DNA from: Euglena gracilis
Taxonomy: Eukaryota
NCBI GenBank assembly: GCA_039621445.1
Contig: CP154954.1
Span: 47,657,847-47,721,846 of the forward strand
Reading direction: 5' to 3'
DNA: 64,000 nt
Within the stretch, counting starts at the first letter, position 1, and each line of letters opens with the position of its first letter. The translations under genes were made by a program, and so were the position numbers. Positions 25,186 to 36,909 of this stretch are shown here, in pieces. The notes beneath the pieces are model-generated. The model had not been told where the DNA came from. It was given only the letters and a program-made list of their open reading frames with translations, and ran no database searches.

Positions 25186-27308
25186 GGCACAGATTTTAGG
25201 GATGTGAATGCCAAAACCTTTGGGATGGGGAAAATTGGAATGCCTATTGGAAAAGGGAAACCAAAAGACAGCAAGAGGCAAAAAGGTGAAAGTTTTTGAA
25301 ATCTAAGGGGGGGATGGGTCCAGCAGGCTGGGGAAAAATGGGGCCAGCAGTTGTGGAAATGTCTAAGGGGCTAGGTCCAGCAGGCTGGGTCAAAATGTGC
25401 CAGAACTTTTGGAAATGTCTGGGGGGGCCTTGGTCCAGCAGGCTGGGGTAAAATGGGGCTAGATGCTGTGGAAATGTCTGGGGGGCTGGGTCCAGCAGTT
25501 AAATCCATCAGATTGGAATGAATGGGGACCACTTTCGGGAACTCGCCACCATAAACGCAACAAGACTTCCAGACTGACTGTAAGGCAAAAGCAAAAGCAA
25601 AAACAACAGAGAGAGAAAGTTGCACTTAGTGATGGTGCTGTGTGGGCCTTTTCAGACCATCGCAGTTGTCCATGGACTGCAGGGCCTTTCCAGGCCACCA
25701 CATAATGTGGGGCCTTTTCGGGCCACATATACATAACCAGATAGAACAACAAGGCCTTTTCAGCCACTGTATAGACCAAATGTCAAAGTGACCAAGTGCT
25801 GCAAAAATAGATTGGCCAAGGAATACTTGCGGCGTGGAGCTTGCTCAGTGCAACTTTGAGCCTTGGTTTGCACCTGCCAATTTAAAAACGGAAGAACAGA
25901 CCAGACCCACGCCGAGCAAGTTAGGAATCTGGCGAAAGGACAAGGATCGACTACTTCTTAACTCGCGATCTCATTTCGACTGTAATCTACACGTTTTTTT
26001 GCTCTTCGACAATTAAACACCTCGGAAACCGGTTTCCGACAAATAAACGTCATCCCTGGTCCCGTCACATTGTTGTTGCCTCTGGTAATGATGCGCAGTG
26101 ATTGCAAAGCTGTTTTTTTCCAACCCAAAGTGAACAATTTTGCTTTAGGAAGACTTTGAGAAGAGGTTGCTTGTACCCTAGAGTTGTCGTTGGATAAAAT
26201 TTTTGGAAGCTAATGTAAAGTGTGGCCATCCATGTGAATTGATGGCATTCCAATGCGAGACTTTGAGGAACAGCTTTTGGAGCAGTCGTTGTATGATCCT
26301 TCACCTCCCACATTTGTGAATTTTTGAGAGCTAGCTTTGCCCAACCTTTTGGGGGTGGCTCCCCTATGACCCCCTTGTGACCCCGGCAATCAAGGGTTTC
26401 GTCTCCCAACACCCACAGGGGTCTTTTTGCAAAATGAGCAATGCGCGAGACCCTCAAGCCATCAAATGCAAACATGAAGCCCAAAAAGAGAGGCGGCAAC
26501 AAAAATGTGAATTAAGTGACAAAGTTCTCCCAAAGGATGAAGGACAATTTATGGATTCCTTTTGCTTTGCCTTTTTTCACATTGTGGGCATTGCGACCCC
26601 CAGCGACCCCCCTGTGACCGCGGCCCACCCCCTTTGGGTGGAAGATGCGTGGTCATATTGTACAATCAATATGCAGACTCTTGAAGACATTCCCACCAAT
26701 TCCATTTTGAATCTTAGCATCTGTTGTAAAATTTTAAGTTCCTTGGCTCAGATTGTTACAGACGGGTTTCCCTACAAAATTGTCTATCAGGGCTTAAATT
26801 TCATGGGTCAGAGAGTCAACTATGGAGACAAGGCAGTACAGTTGGTCAACCCTTGGGACCCCCCCCTCCCCCCCCTGTACAGTTCCAACCCCCCCTCCCG
26901 GGACCCCCCCCTCCCCCCCCACTTCCAACCCCCCCGAGACAGATGAAAAATTTTTTGAAAAAACGGCTTGTTTTTTTAACAAAAACAAAACATGCTTTTT
27001 TAAGGGGGTGGTGCGGGTCGCGGGGGGGGGGGTCATGGGGGGTCACGGGAGGGGGGGGGACCCGGGGGGGGGGGGGCGGTCAGGGGGGGGGGGGGGTCAC
27101 GGGGGAAATATGACACTTTGCAGGTAGCCGGGAGGCAACGGCAACATCCATGACGTTGCATCTGCATTGTGATAAAATTGGTCATTTTTTGAAAGGGAAT
27201 TTTGTTAGGATTTTCTTGACCAACACGTTTTTGGGATGAAGTTTGGGCCGTTTTTGACAAAATTCCGTTTTGGGGGGAAATGCACTAGTTTTTGGCACTT
27301 CTTCAAGG

Positions 27309-27650
27309 CATAGCTGGCGGTTTTTTTTGTTTTTTTTGAAAAAAAATGTTTTTTTTGTTTTTTATTAAAAAAATGGGCAAAAAAAAGGCAAAAAAAACAA
27401 AGCGGAAAATGATGGTCCAAATTTTGCCTTTGATCGCAAGGGTGAACCAATCTTAGCTCAAATGACTTGAAAACCAATACTTTTGGTTGTCTTCAACCCA
27501 AATTTGATGTTTTTCTCTGACCGAGGATGGGTAAAAAAAAGCTAAAATTTGAGGCAAGAAATTTTTTTGCCCTGGATCCTCAATGGCGTTTTTTTTAAAA
27601 AAAAAACCGTGTTTTTTTTTTACTTCGTTTTAAACGAAGTGCTAGCTATG
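27309..27650 (+). mobile_element. hAT-like MITE, catagctggc family (older copy with an internal deletion)
   Basis: cttcaagg|catagctggc ... gctagctatg|ctttaaag, TSD 6/8 match. Confidence 0.85.
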
Positions 27651-30577
27651 CTTTAAAGGGCAAAGATTTTTGGCCATTTTTGGCGAAAAATGGGGGGGTC
27701 ACGGGGGGGTAACTGGGGGGGGGGGGGGAACGGGGGGAGTTAGTACCCCCTAAGAAAAAAATATGTTTTTAATTTTGTGAAAAAAAAACATCATGGAGGG
27801 TTTGGGGGTGGTTCGGGTCACGGGGGGGTCACGGGGGGGGTCACGGGGGGGGGCACGGGGGGGGGGACGGGGGGAACACCACATTTTTGTTGGCAAAATT
27901 AGGAATCACCGAGCCGGAATTTTTGTGGGAAAATTCCACAAATTAGGAATCCCCACACCTGAAATTAGGAGTTTGACACCAAATTAGGAATCACCAAGCC
28001 CAAATTTGAAAAATTTACACCTCAAAATTAGGAATCTGCCTGAGAATTTAATGAAATTAGGCATCACCAGCCAAAATTCCCTACAAAATTGCGCCGAAAA
28101 GGGTCCTTGTTCGGGTCACGGGGGGGTCACGGGGGGGGGTCACGGGGGGGGTCACGGGGGGGGGGGCACGGGGGGAACACCCCCTTTGGGAAAAAAAGAA
28201 AACATGTCTTTGTCTGTTTTTTTTTGGAAAAACATATTTTTTGTTCTTTGTTGAAAAACAAAAAAACGTCAACCCTGGCTCAATTCTGCCAAGTGTGCCA
28301 AAGGGGAGTGATTGAAGCTGCTTCCTGCCCTTCTGCTGAGTGTTTAAAGTGAAAACATTGGCCACTTTTCTTTTAAAAAGAGACAAATATTTCGCAAAAT
28401 GCATCTGAATTTCGCAAAATCCATCATTGCGCAAAATCCAACCACAATTGGACAAAAAAATGTTGCAACTGTCTTGGGGGTAGGCAGTACAGTTGTGATT
28501 TTCTGGGGACCCCCCCCCCCTCCCCCCCCCTGTACAGCTTCCAACCCCCCCCCTCGGACCCCCCCCCTCCCCCCCCTTGTGCCTTGTCTCCTATTCATGT
28601 CCCCAGGGGTCCTATAGAAATGTCCTCCATTCTCCCATTTCCTGCTTGGCAGGGACCAACAAAAATGTCCGACCGGGTCCAACAATTGTGCCTGTCTGTT
28701 GCAATTTGTGCTTGTCCGTTGTAACACACCCAAATTCGGGTTACCCCTCAAATTTCAGTATTTTACACCTAAAATTAGGCATTTGTCACTCAAAATCAGG
28801 AATACACACATGAAAAAAAGGATTTGCCCTCAAATTAGGAATTAGCACACTAAATCAGGAATTTGCCTCACAAAATCTATAGCGTTTTTCGATGTAATTC
28901 GCCCGCGGGGAATCCTCAAATTTCCTGGTGGGAAGTGTTTTTTTGTCCCAGAGCCCCAGGTCGTCCAGAGAGCCGGAAATAGTGGGGTTTGGTGTTTTGA
29001 AGGAATGTATATCACTTCCAAATGCTTCTGCCACTCAATAATTTGTTTTTATTTTCGGCCCCTTTTTGGCCTTGAGGAAGGCACAAAATGGTTAGGCAAA
29101 GGGTCCGATGCTTCTCCAGAGGATCCCGGCATAAAATTAACCCCGAATTCCAAGGACCAATCCGCCGGCTTTCTGAGCCCCCTGAACCCAATTTCACCAT
29201 CATTTACATCATTTACATTTCGAAGCGATTTCTAAGGTACTTTTGATTCCAAGACTCACCTTTTTCATGTGATTCTTTGTGCAGAGCAGGAATGAAATCA
29301 AGGCAACATAGAGGCCTTCAGAGCAAGTCTTCACCACTTAGGCAAGCTGGAATGTAGTCCATGGCGTGCGCGTAAGAATGCACCACTTTCGCTTGGGTGA
29401 TTCGTCCAATGTTGTTCTTCATGATATCCCTCAATATCCTCGCCCTGGCTCTCATCTTCTGTCCACGTTGTAGATTGTCAGTTGCACATATTTCTGTGTG
29501 GCGTAAGACCAGCTCTTGCTTTGAAAGTTTTTACATGAAAGTTAGGAAACACCCTTAGTACGCAAATCCTAAATGTGATGGTAGTATGTCCTCTGGTTTG
29601 GCTAATCCGACCTAATCCTAATTTCACCCTCTCAAGGCATGACAGGAATGACAGGCGGCCACCGACTGGACGAACGGTATACGTACGAGAACCTACATGA
29701 AAGGACAATTTTGGATCTCTGGTTTTAAAGCTACGACTTTGAGTTGAATTCAAGGTTGGTGTCTGCTGTGGTGTGCTGCTGAAGGACTTCTACGACCAGT
29801 ATATTTATCGCCTGAAGTCGTGTTACCTGGAGAATGTTTATTTAGTCAGCACGCTTCAATTGGTGTGAGACTTGTTTTTGTTTGTTGCCTTCTTTTTCTG
29901 CTGTTCAACGAATGTCCTTGTCCAAAAAAATCCAAGAAACAGTCCTGAACACTTTTGTGTTACAGGCAGTGGCCAATTTTGGACCAGCTGGTTGCCAGTT
30001 TTGGGCCAGTTTCAGGCCAAATATGTTCATCTGTGGTGGCCAGTTTTGGGCCACAGATGCTGGCCAGTTTTGGGCTAGATGCGGTGACCAATTTTGCGCC
30101 AGATGTGGTGGCCAGTTTTGTGCCACAGCTGGTGGCCAGTTTTGTGCCACATTTGGTGGCCAGATTTGTGCCACGGATGGTGGCCTAAAAACCGAAAAAA
30201 AATTCTGGATCAGTCGTCATCACAAAATCCTGGTTAAACCGCTATCACTGAAAACACTTTATTCGGTGAAAAACATGACGTGCCACTGAAAAAACAAGCC
30301 ACTGCCAGTCCCACCAAGGCGGTCTGGAGAAAATGAAGGAAACGAAGTCGAGTGGCACCGAGTGACAGACCCCGCAGGGTGGGGTTAAGCAAACTGTCTC
30401 GCGCCTCCGGCACACTCTTCATCTGTGCGTGGAACTCCACATAAATGTCCTCCACCCTGCGTTCACTCGATGGGAGGTGAAAATCGCCGCGAAGAGTTGA
30501 GCAAAAGGCACCCATTTCCTCACTCCCCAACGCCGAAAAAGGAAGCCCGAGGCTGACCTGAAGAATTTGATTCATCC

Positions 30578-31004
30578 CATAGCTGGCACTTCGTTTAAAA
30601 CGAAGCCAAAAAAAACACCCTTTTTTTTAAAAAAACATGTTTTTTTTTAAAAAAAAACAAAAAAAACGCCATTGAGGGTCCAGGGCAAAAAAAATTTTGC
30701 CTTTAATTTTAGCTTTTTTGCCCATCGTCGGTCAGAGAAAGACACCAAATTTGGGATGTTTCAAGTTGAAACATCCCAAAATGTCAGAAAAATGCCCTAT
30801 TTTGACCATTCTTGTTGAAGACAACCAAAAGTATTGGTTTTCAAGTCATTTGAGCTAAGATTGGTTCACCCTTGCGATCAAAGGCAAAATTTGGACCATC
30901 ATTTTCCCCTTTGTTTTTTTTGCCGTTTTTTTTTGCCCGTTTTTTTAAAATAAAAAACAAAAAAAAAACGTTTTTTAAAAAAAACAAAAAAAACGCCAGC
31001 TATG
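30578..31004 (-). mobile_element. hAT-like MITE, catagctggc family, perfect 8-bp TSD
   Basis: attcatcc|catagctggc ... gccagctatg|attcatcc. Reverse complement of 17846-18270. Confidence 0.92.
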
Positions 31005-34000
31005 ATTCATCCCACAAACGATGTGGAACTGGCACCTGCAACAAGGCCAGCCGTCTCTTAGATCTCTGCTGCTCCTCCGTTGTAAATCCATGATCAAAGT
31101 GCTTCGGGGGGTCGGCCCCCCCCCCCCCCTCACCGACCCCCTCGCCACGCAATTTTACCCCCCTCCCCCCCCCTTTTCAGACCCCCTCGCCATGCCATGT
31201 CAGGCAGGCCCGCCAAAGAAAATTGTCTTGGCAAACCCCCGCGCACCCCTCCCCGCCCATCCAAGAGCCCCTCGCCACACCAACCCCCCCCCCCCCAGCC
31301 GGAAACCTCACCACGGCGTGCCGACCCCCCTTCTGCACAGGTGACTGCGGTGGCTGTGGCTGAGAATGGTACATCATGTAATGATGCTTCTGCCTTGTGG
31401 CATTTTGCACTCTGACACCAGGAGCAATGTCGGCAACTGACCTTCAATGGCCTCCCCATACCGTCAGATAACACAACGTCGAAGTGTTTATGAAGTTGAA
31501 CTCCACTGCCACCATTTTGAAGCCTGGGCAACTGGGGAGAAGAGAGACCGATGTGGGGAGAAGAGGATAATCCGAGCCGAATCTGGGAAGGTGAGAAAAT
31601 GCACAACGTTTGAGTCGGGAGAGAGCTAATTACAACACAACGTGACATCGTCAGGGAATGGTTAGTGGAAGGTTGCCACGGTTCACGTCACCGAATTTTG
31701 GTGGGAGAGGAGGTCGCGAAAATCCTATTTTCGCGATTTTTGAAATTTCCGGAAATTCTAGAAATTTCCAATTTCGGGAATTCGGGAAAAAAAATATCGG
31801 AAATTTACCCATTGCTACACGGATTGTCACTTAGCGGGGGGGGTCACTTAGGGTGATATCAAAACAAAATTTTGATATCACCCCACCATTTTGGGGGGGA
31901 TTTTTTTGGGTGAACTCGTGATCTACACCATTTTTTCCATCAGGTTAAAAAATCTTTCGGAATATTTTCAAGAAAAATCAGTTGTTTTATGGCCATTTTT
32001 ATTTACAAAAATTTTATTCATGTTCAGGCCATGGCCATACCCCGGAGGGCCATTTAGGGGGGGGGGGGGGGCGTTTAGGGGGGTAATGGCAACTGGGTAT
32101 GTTTTGGTGCAAACTTGCCAAATTTGAGGCATATGGAATGCTTTATGGCCCTTTTGGTGCCATTTTGTGGCATTTTATGGACATAGAGGTTACATAGAGG
32201 TAGAGGTGGTTCAGATAGAGGTGGAGGTTTTTATGTCGACCTCCACCTCTATCCGGCTGTGACCAAAGAATACGCAGGGGCAATTGGGCCACAATTCCGC
32301 CCCCCCCCCCCCGCGTCCTGAACCACCCCCATACCAACCCTCCCCCTCTATTTGGCCGCCCTCCGGGCGGCCCGGACCCCCCTTCTGGCGAATTTAGGGG
32401 GGGGCAATTAGGGGGGGTTACCCCTAACCCCCAATTGGCCACCTGGACCCCGTCCCTTGCAGTCGCGAACCCCCGAAAAACACCCGAATAAAGGCACTTT
32501 CCCTTGAAATAAGGCTGCCGGATTAATCCCATCGACGGGTACCGAACGATTATTGCCGATTAATCGGGGGGGGTCCGAACGATTCCGAACGATTAATGGC
32601 CGTAAAGGATTTTCAAAGTGCTTTTGTTCAAATGGGAGTCATTACTGGGGCTTTTTGTCAATTGTGTCACAAATGACGGTTTTTTTTTGCCGGTAAATTG
32701 TGCCACAAAATGCCTCCTTACCACCCCACAGGATTTCTTGTTTTTTTATATAAAAATCGTGGGCATAACCCGTATTCAGGGCGTATGACGGGTCAAGGGC
32801 GCCGTAGGCGCCCTTGACCCGTTATACGCCCTGAATACGGGTTATAGCCCACGATTTTTCTGTAACCGTGAATAGAAAGGCCCGGCGCCTGCCCTGTTTT
32901 TCGTTGGTGTGCTTCACGCCAGGTTTTCGGGCATTTTTTTGCCATTTTTTTTACCCAAAAATCCTATTCACGAAAATATGCCCTGTTTTTCGTGAATACC
33001 TATTCACGGAAAACAGGGCATATTTTCGTGAATTGAAAACATGCCCTGTTTTTTGTGAATAGAAACAGGTTTGTAGAAATGGTGTCCAAATGACCCGAAT
33101 CATACCCACATAGCACCGCTGGTCCTGGAAAATGAGAAATGGGCGTTGGGCCAAGTAATTGGGGGGCACTTTGGGGGGGGGGGGGCCGGGCGCTGAAGGC
33201 GCCCGGTCCCCCCCAAAGGCCCCCACAATGCTTGGCCTGACGCCGATATTCGCTTTAGAGCCTAACGGATAACAGAGGGTCGGTATTTTATCCACATTGC
33301 TTGTGTTGTTCCCAGGGGTGCCGGTCGTTTTAAAACCACCTCGTTTTTAAACGGATGAAAATGGGCCGCAGTTTTTTATAAATGAATGTAAAAAAAACAG
33401 CCCAAAAAAACATATCGTGCAGGAGCATGCACGGGTTCGGGAAAGGCTGTCCCGTCTCTCCGGCGCAAGAGAACATCTTCCCTCCCAACAGGTCTTTAAC
33501 TCCGGCAGCCGACCTTTTTCCATCCGGCAGCACGCGGACTGGCTTTTTTGAAAGACATTTGCCACAGGTAAACCGGTTTGCACTTGAAACCCCTGCAACT
33601 GAAGTCCACACAGCAAACACAAAGATCCGAGATTCGCTTAGAGAGGTTCGGTTCAGAGCAAGAAAAAAGTCGCATTGAAGAATGGAGCCGGCCATTTTGC
33701 CTCCAGAGACGGTCCTAAGGCCCCCCCCCGGAAAGTCTGTCAAGGACAAAGAGCAAATTGGCGTCAGGTGACACTTTGCCTGTCTGTTTCGTGAAAGAAT
33801 GTGCACGTCCCCCCCCCTTGAATTTTGACCAGATGTAAATATGCCCCAGAGGTATAAATGGCCGTACGCGAGTTGTCGGGGGGAGGGGGGAGGGAAAGAG
33901 AGAGCGTTTTAAGAACACTCACCATCCATGTCTGTATCACCGTCCGCCTTCAAGTCGAAGTCAAACTCCAAATCAGGGACAAACAAACCGGCCAGCAGCA

Positions 34001-34599
34001 GGGGCTAGGGATGGCCGTCCAAATTTCAAGGCGGATTTTTCAGTAATTAAACACGAAAAAAAACGTAAATTTGATGAGGCAATTTTTTTCATAATTTTTC
34101 AAAATATCAAAAAAGCGTAACTGTTGCCGCGGACGGGCCAGGCAATGGGGTGACGAACCGGATTTTCGGTGCCGCATCCTGAGGAAACTTTTTTCCTCAC
34201 TCTTTTTCCGCCGAGATGAACCAAAAATCTGTAGCCGGCATTTCCGGTCCCTGGTTCTTCTGAAAAACCTGGGGGGGTGGTGGCCCTCCTTAAATCAAAC
34301 CGTGGTAAACAGTTTCGCAGGGCTGTAAATTCAGGTCAAAAATGGAATTCCTCCTGGTCTCCAAACCAAAACGGCAGGAAAAGAAACCCCTGCCGGAGTT
34401 TAAAAAAAAACCTTTGACCAGGTTTTTGTTTAATGTTCGGGAAATTTGTTCTTTTTAGGATGAGTTCGTGGGTTGTGAAATCGCAAATTCTGCCTTTGAT
34501 ATTCTGTTCATAAAAACAGTTTCAAATGCTGTCTCCCCAATTCGTCTGCAAGTTCAGGCACAAACAGCAAAAGTAATGCATGCTTTTCAATAAAACACA

Positions 34600-35105
34600 A
34601 GGAAGCAGTGAAGTGGATCTGGCCCTTTGGTCCTTGATGAAGCAAGAATTTAACCAAGTCGTTGGAGAACATGCACAGTGGCAGATGAGAAGGCAAGACA
34701 AGGGACAGTTTGCCATTGACAAATGCTGGACAAAACAAGGATCTTTAAAAACACTTCAACTAAACCAACAAATCCGTCCCTTGACAAATCTGTGTGTCCA
34801 AGGATTGTGACACCATTGGGTGTAACCACCACTTCATCAGCCACAGTTCCAGCAATGTTGCCACCTGCCTCCGCAGCAAGGTCAACGCACACGCTTCCAG
34901 CCTTCATCATTTCCACAATGTGCTTCTCGATCAGAACTGGTGCGTTCTTTCCAGGGATGAAGGCCGTGGTGACGATGACATCCACTTCCAGAGTGCCCGC
35001 TCCGCAAACAAAAATTCAGGACACATCTCCTTGGTGTAACCACCAGCTCCTGCAAACGGTCAAGAACTCACCACCAGCCGTTGCACCGCCTGCTCCTGCT
35101 GCCAG
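34600..35105 (-). pseudogene. NNT: NAD(P) transhydrogenase domain I fragment with frameshifts and short deletions
   Basis: Colinear blocks GGEFLTV / AGAGGYTKEMCPEFLFAERAL / EVDVIVTTAFIPGKNAPVLIEKHIVEMMKAGSVCVDLAAEAGGNIAGTVADEVVVTPNGVTILGHTDL / PSHLPLCMFSNDLVKFLL match PntA/NNT motifs (GGYAKEM, TTALIPG, VDLAAEAGGN, DLPSRL). The frame changes between blocks. Confidence 0.88.
34695..34785 (-). other. 91-nt end-paired (nonconventional or intermediate) intron in the NNT fragment
   Basis: gattt|gtcaagggacggatttg ... caaactgtcccttgtctt|gcct. The ends are complementary, there is no terminal AG, both junctions are Y|R, and removal restores G-H-T-D-L-P-S. Confidence 0.8.
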
Positions 35106-36519
35106 TTCTGGAGGGACATATACCATCAGAATGTGGAGTTGGGGCCGGTCAACAGGACCTCACTGCCAATGCTTGCACCTGAGGGACATTTGCATTTTGG
35201 GAGAAGAATAAAACATGCACACCGCACAGCCTTGAGAGGGCCATTCGCATACACGCTGACTGGTTCGTGGTGCTCTCAAATACCAGAGTTCTTCAGCCAT
35301 GGCGGCCTGGGAGAAAAAAAAAGGTTTTACAATTAAGAATTCCCACAGAATCGCGATTTTTGTAAATCGCGGAAATTGAAACTGAAATTTTCATTTTGGG
35401 TTGAAATCCTTTCAAATTACATTCACAGAGCCAGGATCTAAAATTTGAGCATCCATAGCAGGGGCTGGCCTGGGCCTGGAGGGGGGGGCAATTCGGGAGA
35501 CCAAAGTGAAAAGTGCCAAAAAGTGTCATCATATCTGAGCAGTTTTGGGGGTATTTGGCCAGAAATTGGGGTAACACTATGTTGCGCAAAATTGTTCCAT
35601 TTGGTCAAATTTGGAGAATTTCTGAAATAGAGTACCATGCAGCACGGGAGCTTTGGCAGGGGGGGGGGGGAGGGGGGGTCCCGAGGTCAGTTTTTTTTTG
35701 CATTTTTGGCACTTTTTGCTGTACTGTCTCAACACAGGGGGGGGGGTCCTGGGGTCCCAACTGTACTGCCAACCCCCCCCTCAAAAATTGGCCAAAAACC
35801 GGCGCCGAGGCGCCGGAAAAAATTTTTAGGGCCTTTTTTTTGGTCTAAAAAGGCCATTTTTGGCGTCAAATTTTCATCTGTCTCGGACGGGTCGGCACTA
35901 GGGGGGGGGGTCCCAAAAATCCCAACTGTACAGGGGGGGGGAGGGGGGGGGTCCCCAAAAAACCCCAACTGTACTGCCATCGCCCCACGGCTGAAATCTA
36001 AGGCCATCTGCTGAACGCCCTAGAGAAGGGCCATCGATCAAGGGGAAACATGGCAGGTGAACAGTGGGTTTTGGAATTTGCGAAAAGGGCCGGAACATTG
36101 CGATCGGCAATTTTTAGGGCGCTGTGCAGTGTGGCTGAGTTCTGAGGGTACCAAATGAAAGCTCATGGGGAGAGCTTTCGATTGATATGCCGTATGGCAC
36201 CTGAGGTGTGGGATTTCATAAATTAGGATGTCGAATTTTGGAATACACGATCACTGAAAATAAGAGCTGCGTGCAGTATTGCTGAATCCTGTGGCCATCT
36301 GTCAAAAGCCCTTGAGAAGAGCTTTCGATTAATGGGATTGACAGGTTTTTGGGGTTCATTTCAGTAAAATTCGTATTCACCAAAATATGCCCTGTTTTTC
36401 GTGAATACCTATTCACGAAAAACAGGGCATATTTTCGTGAATTGAAAATATGCCCTGTTTTTTCCGTGTTCACACCCACGAAAAATAGGGCAGGCGCCGG
36501 GCCTCTATTCACGGTTACA

Positions 36520-36909
36520 ATGACAACAACATCTTGGGCTTGGGAATATTTCAAGCGAGTGTTAAAAAAGTTTGGGTATGGGGATGACGTTCTCCCTCAA
36601 TTGAAAATTCAGGTTGGTCAATGGGTGACACGAAGTGGTCCTTTGGCAATCACCACCCGACCTGTGCCAGCACCAATCCAGTTTTGGGAGGGGATTGCTT
36701 TGCATGTGCCAATTTTGGCCAAAGTGTGCCTCACAATTTTTGGCTTGGCTCCGTCTGAGGCATCTGTTGAACGAAGGTTTTCGAACCAGAGTTTGCTCCA
36801 TAGTGATTTGCGAGCTTCTTTGGATGACACGTCTGTGAAAGCCCTCATGTGCGTTCGTATGAACATCCCTCGGTTGATGACCCTGTCTGCTCCTGTCAAG
36901 GTTGAGTGA
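36520..36909 (+). pseudogene. hAT transposase C-terminal dimerisation domain remnant
   Basis: PIQFWEG...PILAKVCLTIFGLAPSEASVERRFSNQSLLHSDLRASLDDTSVKALMCVRMN fits the hATC pattern (W..., LA, PxSxASVERxFS, R.SL). Confidence 0.85.

Noticed and set aside
34650-34985. Intact bacterial pntA or contaminant
   Set aside because: It contains an end-paired intron, frameshifts and deletions, and is embedded in host repeats.
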